Assembly: GCA_023920165.1 (NCBI GenBank) | Contig: CP089274.1 | Coordinates: 310,001-374,000 of the forward strand | Reading direction: 5' to 3' | Length of the DNA stretch: 64,000 nt | Origin: Curvularia clavata | Lineage: Eukaryota | Part shown: one piece after another, positions 23,663-36,176 of the stretch | Numbering within the stretch: the stretch's first letter is position 1 | Layout: every line of letters begins with the position of its first letter | The notes under the pieces: generated by a model | The model's database searches: none | What the model saw: only the letters and a program-made list of their open reading frames with translations | What the model was told of the DNA's origin: nothing | Position numbers and translations under genes: made by a program

Positions 23663-25018
23663 AACGAAGTAGTAAGATACAACGAGCTTGACTTAGTGAC
23701 TGTTGTTGGGCCATTCTCGAAGTCCACTGCGCAGAGCAAATTGCACTTGTGGAATGACGAGGTATATCGAATATGCATTGAAAACTTCATGATGGCTTCA
23801 GGGAATATGGTACTGGCGATTCCCAACAATGTCGCACTCGGTATAGTCAAGACCATCTGCCGGGAATAACCCGTCATGTCGCAGCATAGCTCGAGATCTA
23901 TTCCTTTGACAGGCATTCACAGCGGCACGTTGCCATTGTGACGGATTCGGATATGCGAGCCCCATAATATCTCACATTCGGTTGGTCTTGCCCTAGCACT
24001 GTGGAAAGGGATGGTGGTACCTGCATGGGATGTGGATTATCAATCTCGCGAATCCAGACCGGGTCAGAAGTCCGTTGGCGGGTGCGGTCACACTCCTATT
24101 CTCTGTGGAGGTGAGTGTCCGGGGATTGAGTATTTGAAGTCGCCGTCTCCCAGTTAAACGTGCCGTCGAGCCGTGATTATTCACGCTCTTGCTTCAGGGA
24201 CGGTTTCAATGAAGGTCGGTCGCTTGATCCTCGGCATTTCTATGGTGACGTGATGTTTTCCGTTGCTCCTCAGGCACAACTGCCGCAGTTTCATGCTGGT
24301 GTGGCTATCGCATGACGAAGGATGAGCTGAGCCTGTCCCAGGAAGAGATGTGGTAAGCCAAAGCCGATACTGGATATGCCGTTATTTTCCCAGATACTTA
24401 ATCTTCTTGTCGCTATCAAGCAGATAGATATAGTTGTGAGTTGCCGTATGCGCAGGTCGGCATGTATTGTGTAGTAGTTCTATTGCTCTAGTATATGCGG
24501 AGTACTCGTTCATGATCAGAAGAACAGCAAAGAAAGATGAACGCCCCATGGGCATGGAGAATAGAAAGTGCCAACTCACAGATGATTGCTTCAAAATGCG
24601 TTCCGGGGTTAGTGTATAGAGCTGCAAATACAACAAAAGATGACAGTGTACTTGGTAGATACGACGCGCTTTTGGAAATGTGTTGGCGTTCTATTTGTAC
24701 TAGCCACGGAGTAGTAGTCATTGGAAAGCCAGATGCGAGATTTTCAAGTAAATTCCAATATACATGTCATTGCATTCAAATCGCGTACGTAACTGTCGTG
24801 AAGATACAAGTACTTATATATTCGCATGTTATACATGAGCAGCGCCACCCGAGTCCCCGCAACAGGGTCCTAATCGCCGAGTAATCGCCGCCAGCCTTAC
24901 AACAATCAGACCACTTTCATCATCCAGCCATCAAGAAAACTCGCGAACCGTCGCAAACCCACAACCAAGCTCCTCCTTACCCCAATTGACCCCTCAAACC
25001 ACTGACGGAGGCCCCAAA

Positions 25019-25609
25019 ATGAACACTGTAAGCTCCATTCAATCTGCACTTGTACCAACGAGTAATTAATTTGATAATATAGGTCAAATCAGTCTAGTAC
25101 GTCACAGCCGCTGCCCCCACAAAACGCACAACACCTCCCTCTACCACAGTATGCAGAGCTAACCTACGCTCTCCCACAGCTACGGCTGGGCGACTCTGAT
25201 CGTCGCAGGCGGCGGCGCCTACTTCTTCGCCAAACGCAGCATCAACGCAGACCGGGCGCACAAAGCAGAGCTGGACCGCCAAAAGCGCGCTCGCATCTAC
25301 GCCCTCGAGCACGGCATCGAGACATCGGCGCCAACAACAACGCCTTTGAACCCCACAGCTAGACCGGGATCCACACAAGCGGCGCCGCAGAGCGTGACGA
25401 GCGAGCTAGGCAGGTTACGGAGTGAAGGAGGAAGTAGTAATGGTGGAGCGGGAAACGGACAGGCAGAGGGAAACCCCAGTATGCAGGCGAGTCAGGATCC
25501 CGCGCCGACAAGGCATGCGCCGTCAGATGAGGCGCAGAGGGTCGTGGAGAAGAGCAAGTACGAGGCGAGCGATGTGTATCGGAGTCGGAAGGGGGATAGG
25601 TTTTCATAA
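25019..25609 (+). CDS. DUF4748-like small membrane protein with two micro-exons (25019..25027, 25083..25096) and main exon 25180..25609
   Basis: Spliced product MNTVKSVYYGWATLIVAGGGAYFFAKRSINADR...DPAPTRHAP...EKSKYEASDVYRSRKGDRFS; canonical GTAAGC...TAG and GTACGT...CTAAC...CAG introns. Confidence 0.8.
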
Positions 25610-25949
25610 ACATAAAATGGAGATAGGAATATGAGGCTGTTGGGGTGTACATATACGAAACTGCAAGCGGGGGGACTACAAGACATCTGTCTATCAAGGC
25701 GTTTATATTACCAAGGAATTTCCCACTCTTTGTTCAAAATCATACATGAGCCGGGAGGGCCCGAAAAAAAAAGAAGGTTACGGAGATTAACCAAACCGCT
25801 AGCTAGCTCAAAGGTTATACTGCCTGAGATAAGGTAGTTTCAAAACGCCAGCGCGATATATCTGGGTATAAAGCGTTCATGTTTCATCCCACACATGACT
25901 AATTATTCTTATTGCTTGCATTCCAAGCTATTACTCTCGCACTCGCTCC

Positions 25950-26811
25950 TCACATGAACAGGTTGCTCTTGGGGCTGTCCCTTCGCTTCTCGTACAGCCA
26001 CTTGTTGTTCAATCCTACGCTGGCCTTGCCGGTTGACGGAGTAGGTGTGCCAGGTGTTGCACTGCTCGAGCTATCGCCGAACAAGCTGCTGCTCATCGAA
26101 CTACCATAGCTCATGCGCTTAGCCGCCGACCCACTCAGACTGAAAGGAGAGTTGGAGGTGGACGTTCCGAAATTTGGACGAGGGCTGCCGCTGAGAGGCG
26201 AGTGTGAGCCAAAATCTTGGTTGCTGAAGCTGTTGCTGCGCGGTGTGGAACGCTGGTAGCGCGGGGGAGTGACAAAGTTTGGAGAGGCATAGCCCGACCC
26301 TGGAGTTGGCGGCGCACGCACGTCGGCCTTGAGGCCCATGGAGGCGCGCTGCGAGGGTGTAAGAGGTATGTCTGCGATGTCATCGGGGTAGTAGCGGCGG
26401 ATAAGGGGGAGGAAGGCGACGACGATGTTGGCGGCGAAGACGAGTCGGATGAGCAGTATGGCCCATGCACTGAAGGGCACAGCTTTTACGACGGCATTAA
26501 TCGGGGTCCTGGCGTCGTGTCAGGGTTTGGGGCGCGTGAGGGTTCAAAGGCAGTACTTACGCTGCGTATTCTAGCAGTTTCACCTTTTCGCTCACATTCT
26601 GGCCATATACGGAGAGGAACAAGAGACCCGAGTTCAGGACAATGGCGCGGACATTGCGCTCGTCAAAGGTGGTAGCGTACTGGCGACGCGCAATTTCCTC
26701 AAACTGTGGATGTCGCCATGAGCCGCTGGGCGTAGAAGATTGCTGTGTCTGCGCAGATGGAGTTGAGGGCATGGGAGGCAGCGGCGACTGCGCGTTCCTT
26801 GCGAGCGACAT
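25950..26811 (-). CDS. POM34: Nuclear pore membrane protein Pom34-like (NPCC domain); intron 26509..26560
   Basis: GSWRHPQFEEIARRQ...F...N...IVLN, two TM segments, DIPLTPSQR.SMGL, Ser/Pro-rich tail ending VGLNNKWLYEKRR. Confidence 0.8.
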
Positions 26812-27056
26812 GATGGGCGGGCGGTTGAGCTATGGGCTGGGTGGTTGTTTGTTTGGCTTGAGAGGGTTGGTGAAAGTTGTGAGCCAATGTCACGTGCCTG
26901 TGTCTTTGATTGCTGCTGGTTAGTAAAGGGTGCCTGGCGGTGGTCGAGTTTGGCGGGGCTACAGCGACATGGTGGCAGGAGCGATGGCGGTGGCAGCTGC
27001 TGTAAGTATCGGACGTGTTGGTTGTATGGCAACCGCAACCATGTTTTGCCAAGGGC

Positions 27057-27062
27057 CCTCGG
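27057..27062. promoter_or_regulatory. CCTCGG (FarA/FarB/CTF1-type site) upstream of the AMP-binding-like gene
   Basis: Exact hexamer about 165 bp upstream of ATG 27224; a hexamer can occur by chance. Confidence 0.3.
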
Positions 27063-27223
27063 AGGACGGAGCGGACGTTGGAGGTGCGACAGGGGTTCCC
27101 TGCCTAGCGCCGCTTGCTGCTTCCCCGCCGTCATCCCGCTGCTTCCACTGCGCTTTCCTCTGAAGCTTGCTTGCTCTACTCACTCACATACCCTCTCTGG
27201 CCTCTCTGTATGTGACCCCAACC

Positions 27224-29021
27224 ATGGCCGGACTCCTCGAACAGATCGACGGGGCCATCTCCGACGCCTTCAATGACTGGAACATCTACACCACGCTCAT
27301 CTCCTTCGCCATCGTTGGCTTCCTCGCCTGGATCATCTACGACAATGCCGACGCCGACACACACCCGCTGCTGCTCGCACGACAGGCACAGGCTTCGTAT
27401 GTGAGGCAGCCGGGCGAGTCGGCCATCTTCAGGTCCCCAGAGACTCCCCATGGCTGTATGTTTGTTCCATGTCTGCTGCACATGTGCTTGGGCTAACCCC
27501 CACCAGACCCTCTCCGTACTGGACTTGCTGTAAAACCTCCGGGTACTCCCATGTATTCTGCTGGCAAAGACGGCGACCTTCGAGACATTTGGCGACGGGT
27601 GACGGGCGAGATTCCTCTCGAAAAGGGTGCTCAGTCCAGCGGAACCGCACATATCATGACCGTCTTCGGCAAGGACGGTGTCAGCGAGCACGCGATTGAG
27701 GACGTCACAAAGGAGATTGCTGTTATTGGAAAGCATCTGCAGGGCCGCGGGGCAAAGCGTGTGGCCGTCTACCTCCCCAACAGTCTCGAGTTTCTTTGTG
27801 CTCTCTTCGCTGGCGCCTTTTACGGCTTTACACCCATCTTAATCCCATACAATCAGCCGCACCCCACCCTCATCGAGCTCCTTGCCCAGACGGGTGCCGA
27901 CACTTTGATCGCCGAGGCAGGCTCCGTCCCTCTCGCAGATGTCAGCCAAGCTGTGTCCGGCCTTCGTTCTGTTGTCTGGACGGTGGAGAAGACAAGCAGG
28001 CACATGGACTGGAGCGAAGTGCCCGAAGGCATTGGCGGCAAGGTCGATGTGGCAGTGTGGCATGAATTGGTACTTGAACATAAGAACGGCGCTGTTGCCC
28101 TCCCTCCCACTTCTGAAAAGGCTCCTGCTGTTGTCTTCCTCTGGCAAGAGGCTCCAGGAAAGCCTGCCGACATTGTCGAATTTACACAACAGGTACGTAC
28201 TGCAGGAAATATCCATTTCTCTCTTCTAACGAGTGCAGAACCTTGCTGCCGCTGTTGGCGCGCTCGTCACTTCTCTTCCGACATTGCAACGTCTCAATGC
28301 CTCGGATACGTTCCTTCCGGCTGATGCCTTTACGCACTCGTATTGCTTGTGCTGGACGCTTGCCGCCCTGTTCTCGCACTGCACTGTCATTATTCAGTCT
28401 GTGGCTGGCCCAGGTGTCGACCTGACATTGGCTACTCGGTCCATCGCCCCGACGGTTACGGTCATATCCGCGGAAACCGCCGCAAAGCTTCACAGCACTA
28501 CCAAGGGATCTGTAATAAGTGGCGCACAGAAGCTAGCCCACTACCTGGAGACACGCATGCTGACTGCTGGCCGCCTACCTACCGACAACCTTTTGACCAA
28601 GCTGAATGCCCCGACTAGGGCGGATATTGGCACCACGCCTGGCAAGCTGCGCCTGGTGTTTGTTTCTGAGCGACAAGGCTTGAACACTCCGCCCCTGAGC
28701 TCGGAAGATCTATCCGATCTTCGAATCTATACCAAGGCTCGTGTTGTGTACGCATTGACTACTGGCAGGGTAGCGGGAGCGGTGGCACAGACCAACATGT
28801 ACGACTACCGTAGGGAGACGGCGTCAAACAAGCACAACCACTTTGGCGTGCCGCTAAGTTGCGTAGAGATCAAGGTCAAGGACACGCCACAGCACAAGAC
28901 GACCGACGAGCAGATCATTGGCGAGCTTATAGTTAATGGTTCGTCAGTAGCGGGTGGCGAGGTTTCGCTGGGAGTTACTGCCACGATCCGAGACGACCAC
29001 ACACTGGCGTACTATGTGTAG
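27224..29021 (+). CDS. AMP-dependent synthetase/ligase-like (ANL fold) protein with N-terminal TM and degenerate P-loop; introns about 27457..27507 and 28193..28238
   Basis: DTHPLLLARQA...RQPGESAIFRS; RVAVYLPNSLEFLCALFAGAFYG; VEFTQQNL; HFGVPLSCVEIKV; GELIVNG. Confidence 0.78.
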
Positions 29022-29228
29022 ATAGTCAAACAGTCGGTCATGACTAATAAACTCGTAGACATGCAGCACCGTGGAACCTTGTGCAGTACTCTGTATAATC
29101 ATACATTTGTACAAATATGTAGACCAATGTACTTTGGGACTTCAGCTCGCGTGGGTAGGACCCGTCCGGGGCATTACAACCGATGCGCCACCGAGCCGCG
29201 CCCTGCTAGCGTCCTGTCGACTGGGGTT

Positions 29229-29445
29229 CTTATCTGCACCTAGACGACTGTCGAATAACAGGCTGCGCTCTGGCCAGCGACTCGGCGCCAGTTGCTTCAT
29301 GTTATGCCGTGACTGGCTCTGTACGAAGGTTACTTGTACCAAAATGTTCGGAGGCGTCTTCGGACCCTTCGCCCAGGCCACTGTTGAACCCGGTACCGCT
29401 ACCTGTCATGGATATTAGACGCTCCCCAGGCGCACTTATCTTATC
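29229..29445 (-). promoter_or_regulatory. Cluster of GATAAG (AreA/NIT2-type) sites upstream of the NCS1 permease
   Basis: CTTATC at 29229..29234 and overlapping tandem CTTATCTTATC at 29435..29445. Confidence 0.5.
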
Positions 29446-29627
29446 ACTGGCTGCGTATTGATATCGCCCGTAACGGTACCACATGCGGAGATCTGCACCA
29501 GGCGCTCTTCTGCGCTTCCAGCATTAAAGAAGCGCGCCCTGCCACTCTCCGCGCGTTTACAGCTCCACAGGTTGCCAACCTCCATCTACTGTACCATTGA
29601 CCGGCGGGCAAGCACCACGTGCTCACC

Positions 29628-31502
29628 ATGCCCTTCATCGAGAAGCCCCACTGGACGCTCAAGGTCGAGCAGCCGAGCAGTGCTTTTGCCCAGGGAAATG
29701 CCCGATGGTGAGTAGTCCCTGGCCCCCAAGATCGACAAACGACAAAAACAATTCATGCTGATGCTGGGTTGCTACAGGACGAACAGAGACTTGGACCCTG
29801 TCCCGAGACATGCCCGCAAGTGGGGTGTAACGAGCTTCGTCTCGTACTGGATCTCCGACGCCTTCAAGTATGACCTCAAAACTACCACGATCATTACGAT
29901 TCTAACGACAATGGCAGTGCTGCAACATGGCAATTCGCATCCAGCATCATCGCAATTGGTATTTTTGCCCACTTCTCACACAAGATTTACCCCTCGCTAA
30001 CCACCACCACCACCACCAGGTCTAACCTGGCGTGAATCCCTCGGCATCGTAGCCCTCGCCTTCTTCATCATATCCTTTGTAATCGCACTAAACGGCGCAA
30101 TTGGCGTGCTCCACCACGTCCCCTTTCCCGTCATTGCACGCGCGTCATGGGGCTTCTGGGGCTCGTACCTGGCCATCATTTCGCGTGCCATTCTCGCCAT
30201 CTTCTGGTTTGCCATCCAGAACATGAACGGCGCAAATTCCGTGCGCGTCATGATCGGTGCCATCTGGCCCTCGTTCTTGACTCTCAAGAACGATATCCCT
30301 GAGAGCCAGGGTATCGATACGGCGACCATGGTCAGTTTCTTCATCTTCTGGCTCGGAAGTTTGCCGTTCTTGGTCATGCATCCAAATCAGCTGAGGTGGT
30401 TGTTCATGGCGAAGAGTATCATTGTGCCAATTGCGTGGATCGCTATCTTGATCTGGGCGTTTGTTTCGACTGGTGGAGGAGGCGAGATGTGGAATCAGAC
30501 GGCTACGCTCAAGGGAAGTGCGTATTCGTGGGGCTTTCTGTCGTCTTTGACTGCTGTTATTGGAAATTATGCTACACTTTCGGTCAATCAGGTAAGCCAC
30601 TTCTCTTCTTCCGCAATTATTAGATTTCAAGAGCTAACATGCTAAAACAGTCCGACTTCTCACGCTACTCCCGCGTTTCCGTAAAATGGCAGTGCATCTA
30701 CGTGCCCTTCCTCCCTATTGTTTTCACCTTCATCGCCTTCATCGGTGTGGCTGCCACCTCCGCCGGCGCCGTCAAGTACGGCGAGATTAACTGGGACCCC
30801 ATGGCCCTCATCGCCCACTGGGACAACCGAGCCTGTCGTTTCTTCGCGGCTTTCAGCTTTGCCCTCGCCGCCCTCGGTGTCAATATCTCCGCCAACTCTC
30901 TCTCCGCTGCAAACGACCTCATGGCCCTTTTCCCCCAGTACATCAACATCCGCCGCGGCCAGGTTCTCTGCGCTATTCTCTGCTGGGCCCTCGTCCCCTG
31001 GAAGATTCTCGCCAGCGCAGGAAGCTTTCTGAATTTCATGTCGGCGTATGCGATTTTCCTAGGCCCCATTGCGGCAATCATGGTCATCGACTTTTGGGTC
31101 GTGCATCGTGCCAAGTACGACACGCTCGCGCTGTATCAGTACGATGGCATTTACAGATACACGTCTGGCTGCAATTGGCGTGCTATTACTGCGTTCCTGG
31201 TCGGCGTGGCACCAAACATGCCGGGCTTCATTCACTCTATCAATACTAAGATACACGTTGGTGTCGGCGGAAGACCATATAGTTTCGGGTGGCTGCTCGG
31301 TTTCGTAGCTACAGCGCTTGTGTATATGTTGCTATCGATGGTAATTGCGCCGCCAACGGAGACTTTTATTGAAAGGAGCGTGTACCCGGATGAGATTTAC
31401 GATGAGAGTGGGCTTACAGATGAGGGTGGTAGTCAGGAGAGTGGAGTGGATGCGACGAATGAGAAGACGGGGTGGAGGGCGAAGATGAACCGGATTTTGT
31501 AG
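29628..31502 (+). CDS. NCS1 nucleobase:cation symporter (Fur-type uracil/allantoin/uridine permease); 4 introns
   Basis: WTNRDLDPVP...KWG...YWISDAFN, FPVIARASWG, NQSDFSRY, NISAN, YINIRRG, PWKIL, FLGPIAAIMVIDFW, NWRA motifs. Confidence 0.92.
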
Positions 31503-31695
31503 ACTGGAGTTTTGACACAACAGTAGCTGCATAAACGTTCTTCTTGGATAGATTTTGTTGTTAAACACAGATATTGAAATGAGGGTATTTAAACACAAAA
31601 TGCCTTTACATCGTCAGATAAAAAAAGAGAACGCAATACCACCTCTTCCCTCTCCTTTACTCCCTGTTTCATTCTACCACACTCCACCCTTCATT

Positions 31696-32484
31696 TTACA
31701 ACCCCACAGCAACTCCCGCCACCACCGCTGCAACAACAACTCCCATTCCCACGGTAACTCTCTCGCCAGCACCCTCCTGCCTCTGCACCTCACTCGCCTG
31801 GGCAACCTGCAGTCCGTACGCCGTCGATGTGGCGACAACACCGCTCACAGTATTCGTAACCACGCTCGTCGCCGTCGTGCTTGCCGTACATGCGCTCCAG
31901 CTAGTCCACGGCGCAGACGTACTCCAGGGTCCTGCAGTCCAGCCAGGCCAGTCAGACGGAGGGCACTTATCGCCATCCCACCAGGCGGTCCAGGGACCAG
32001 AGCGCCAGTCTGAGCGCGTAGACCAGTCGCTGTAGGGTCCGTAGTTGGAGCTACCCCAGGGGCCGGGGCCGTCGGGTCCTGTTGGGGGAGTTAGTTTACA
32101 AGGATTGTTGGGTCAATGGAGGTTTTGGGGGAGGAAAAGAGGAGGAGGGTTGGAGGGATATCAGAAATAGAGAAACTTACCACCCCAGTGCCTTCCCGGT
32201 CCACCAGGTCCACCACCACCGTGGAAGCCTCCTGGACCCCAAGGACCTTGACCAGGTCCGTAGCTACCAGTTGGCCAGGGTGCAGCCGTCAGCGTGGAAG
32301 GAATCTTGCCGTCAGATACCAGCGAGCTGTAGATGGAGGACCATTTAGCTGGGTCGTCAGAGGCCCATGGCGGTCCGTTTTCGTACCACGCGCCGGAAGA
32401 GGTGGCAGTAGGCGCGGGAGTTATGCTTTGTGCGACCACCAAGGGCGCAGCGAGCGCGGTGAGAAAGGCGAGTGTGACGTGCAT
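31696..32484 (-). CDS. Secreted, probably GPI-anchored Gly/Pro/Trp-rich cell-surface protein (228 aa); intron 32079..32180
   Basis: Signal peptide MHVTLAFLTALAAPLVVA; exon 2 GPDGPGPWG...WTAWWDGDKCPPSDWPGWTAGPW..., a Thr-rich stretch and a hydrophobic tail VGMGVVVAAVVAGVAVGL*. Confidence 0.8.
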
Positions 32485-33917
32485 TTCGAATGTTTTTTGT
32501 CCAAGGCGAAAGTGGTAAGTGTCGGACAGTGTTTATTATGTGCGGTCGTCCCGAGTCCGAGTATATATACCGTATGTGGATATATGCGGTATGAATGCCA
32601 ACACCACAAGAATCCTACACCAACACTTATACAGAAAATCCTACCCACCCCGCCCCTCAAATATAGCTTTCCCACACACCAGACATACGCGGCCTGCCTA
32701 AGCCATGGTGGCTGACCGTGCATTCTGCGTCATAGTAGACAGAAGGCTGGCGACCCGGAGAGAGGGGTCCCGCGGATGTGAGGCTCAGCGCTCAGCTTAG
32801 AAGTTGGGTTAGTCCGTTCCGCGTAATACGTGATATGGAAAAGGTTAAACGGTAGTGATAGTCACTCAGAGACAAAGGGACGACTACAGTGTGATTGAAC
32901 AACACGTTTGCTTACATTGGCTTACGCGTTCCAAAAGAAAAGTAGAAACCTGCGTCGACAAGTGCCGGGTCTGGAGCTCATGTAGGTGCAGAGGAAAGCG
33001 ACATTAGGCAAGGCCTCGTGGTGCAGGGTGTGCGGCATCAGCCCTACGATGCAGAATGATGGCCTGGCTGGATTCTCGATTGGATCAATTCCATGCCAAG
33101 GGAGAACAAAATCGCTGTAAGAGGAAAAGATGGGGCTCGTCAAAGCCGTGCCGTGCTGCATTGCATGCTTTTCGGAGAATGCAAGTGGGGAGAAACCGCG
33201 GAGGACAAGAAACGGGCTGTACCACCATGATTGCGTATGCCTATTATGGCCGTTTTACGCTAGGCATACCCATTCCAGTCGAATAAGGTGTCAAATGGTC
33301 AGCTGCCCCCTTCTGCACTCGCGATACTGGAATTGCGGCTGGTATACGGGAGTAGTGAACCGAAAGATGGTAGTCAAGGACTGTCAATCGGTCGGAATGT
33401 CGGAGGCTGGACCACCGATGTGTTGCTGACACGCGACTAAGATCATCACAAAGAACAGCACTTCTTACACCATGTGACTTTGCATTTGTCTTCACATCGG
33501 GGGCCTTACAGTCCTTGGGCGACTCAGCTGTCGCTCTTCCATTACGTGGCATGCATAGCATCAGGACGATTAGCAGCGTCAATGGCGTGTTTTGCAGAAT
33601 CGGGCACAAGTAAGATTGGATGAAACAAAGTCCGGCAGTTGCAAACTCATAGTCGAGACTGGTAGCTGTGTCTTATTTGAAAAGGTGTGTCCCACATATG
33701 GTACGCTTCCAATCTAGAAAAGCTTGGTACGTGTGCATGGATTGCTTGCATCAAAGTGCCGTCGTGGACACACCAAGAGCCGAACAAATTACTTCTTTGA
33801 AAGGCATGAACCATGTGGGATGCTTCAGACTGCGTCATAGTGCATAGAAAAAGCAGGGCACGAAGAGCCCGTACCTCGTTGTCTTGAGAACGTTCATTGT
33901 CGCAAAGCTGACCAGCC

Positions 33918-35461
33918 TTAATTCACATCCGGTAACCGCACAGCGATATCGCCAGACTGTGTAATGTAGCGCACCCATGGCAGTGACGGGTATTGCAGCT
34001 GAATCAATGTTAGCAATCCACTCACAAACCCAACCACCAAGAACACTGACCTTTGGCTCGATGATCTTCAGGTACCGTACTTGAATACCCGAGGTGGTGA
34101 AGTACGGGATTTCAAACTTGACGTTGATCGGCCTCTTCGCTTTTCCAGTACCAACTCCGCCCATGCTACCGCCAAAGCCTCCCATCATACCACCACCCTT
34201 CTCGTCGTCACCGCGCACAGACGGCAAGCCTAGTTCGGCGCGCATCAGGAACTCCTTGCCTCCACCAAACTGCTTGATCTTCCATACGATGGAGGATGTC
34301 TCTGGCGCATAATGCACTGTGCCAATGTTTGTTCGGAAACGTGGCGTGTCCGCGTCTTCTGGTACGGGTATCGAGATTTGGACATTGTTCGCTGTGCTTC
34401 GTCGCTTAAACTGTGCCCGCGCCTACATGGTGTCAGCAATGTCGTGTTGGGATCGAAGCGGAGCGCCTACCTTCAGCATGTACTCTATTCTGCTGCCGGA
34501 GTGGCTCTCCACTATGCACTCGACCCAAATGAGTGGTTTGACCTGTGTGTTCAATCGGTAGCTCATGAGCTCAAACTCGCCGTCGGGTGGAATGAAACTA
34601 ATGGTTCGGTCGTTTTCGAATCTTGATAAGCGCACACACTGGTGGAATTTGACATCCTCCATCTCAACAGCTTTTCCTCGTGTGGCTCTTCCCGTAGTTT
34701 CAAACATGGCCTTATCGTTCAGCCCCAATCGCAGTTCAGGCATACCAGAGAGATAGCACTTCATCTTGACTGCACCAAGAATCTCAGACCGCAGGACACT
34801 GCCAGTCGCAGACACAAGGAGGTTGAGTGATTCGATGACATCGAGGAAAACTTCGTTCTTGCGGTATCGGATGCCTTCGCTTCGCCAGCTGACGGCGTTT
34901 GTGACTGCAATCGGCGGCCGTGCTTGGACTTCGAGCTTGTGGGATTCTTGAGTAATGTATCTGCACAAGGAAGGTGTGAGAAATTATTTGTAAAATCAGA
35001 TTGTCAGGGCCATACTCTTGCAGAATCTTGGTTTCGGTGGTTTGTGGGTATCCAAAGTCCATCATTTCATCCAGCAATTCGTAGATGACGACAAAGTTGT
35101 CCCTTATACTCTCCTCCTCGAGCTCTTTGAAGTACTCTGTAAATACCTCGACCACCTTGTGCAGGAAAAGAAGAATTTCGGCCGCATTTGTGTTTCGTTT
35201 TGTAAGCGCAAGGAGGTAGAGGTTATTGTGGCGGATGTAGAGGTAGTTGATGCCTTCGCTGGAAAAGCATGGTGGGACGGCGGAGCTCTCGTCTTCGGCT
35301 TCACTGAGAAGGACAGGAAACTTTTCCACCGCTGACATGGGAATGTCTCCCCGATAGTTGCGTGCCAAAAGGGTCTATCCACTCGTCAGTATGCAGCGTC
35401 CCACTGGCCTTGACCGCCCTACCTTGCCCTTGAGGTCGAGAAAGAAGACGGCCGACGCCAT
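33918..35461 (-). CDS. APM1: AP-1 adaptor complex subunit mu; several short introns
   Basis: MASAVFFLDLKGK, ARNYRGDIPM, EESIRDNFVVIYELLDEMMDFGYPQ, VSWRSEGIRYRKNEVFLDV, ISFIPPDGEFELMSYR, FEIPYFTTSGIQVRYLKI. Confidence 0.97.
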
Positions 35462-36176
35462 TGTGAGAGATTTTGGATGCTATAGAGTCGGAAACAAAAA
35501 TAAGCAGCTATCGGATCATCATGCGCGGCGGAAGTGCAATTGAGGGGTATCGTTGTTCTGTCGCGTCTCGGTGATGCCAGAGTACATGCGGCTCTTCCCG
35601 TCTGCCAAGCCCATCCAGGCGCTAGCCTCTTTCGTTATCACTACCGGATTGGTGCATCAACTTTCTATCTAATCCTTGACGGTGCATATCTAATAGTTGC
35701 ATTTGTGATATGTTCTCGCAACTGGTATTGCTTGAATGCCTGTTTTATTAATGGTTTGACCATATTTACTGAGAGCCATGAGAACAACTTCAACCATGGT
35801 TTGCAAGCGCTAGTTGCCTAAAACATCGAGTACTCAATGCGTTGGGGTTTGCTTGATAGGTGTGGGAAACAGAGAAATTACATGATATAGTAGAAGAAGC
35901 GTTTGCTCGAACTGGAAATGGCGGTAAAATGCATCAGCGGAATCGGGCTTCGTTATAACGTTTCAGTTAGCACTGCGCCTACCTTTACTTTCACACCTCA
36001 CCCACGGCAGGTGGACTGCCAAGCATTGGAAGCAAACGCTCCGCCCCGCCTGCCTTTACACCTATGAAGGCTGCCAAAAACTCTATCCCGCAACACAAAC
36101 TTTAGTTTCCAATTATCTAGCCCAACCACGCGTGCTTGATATACCGACGTCTTCCAAGACACTACGGTTGCCAGCG

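Noticed and set aside
22700..24950. Many short overlapping ORFs upstream of the Egh16-like gene
   Set aside because: No motifs or consistent strand; interpreted as a long promoter region.
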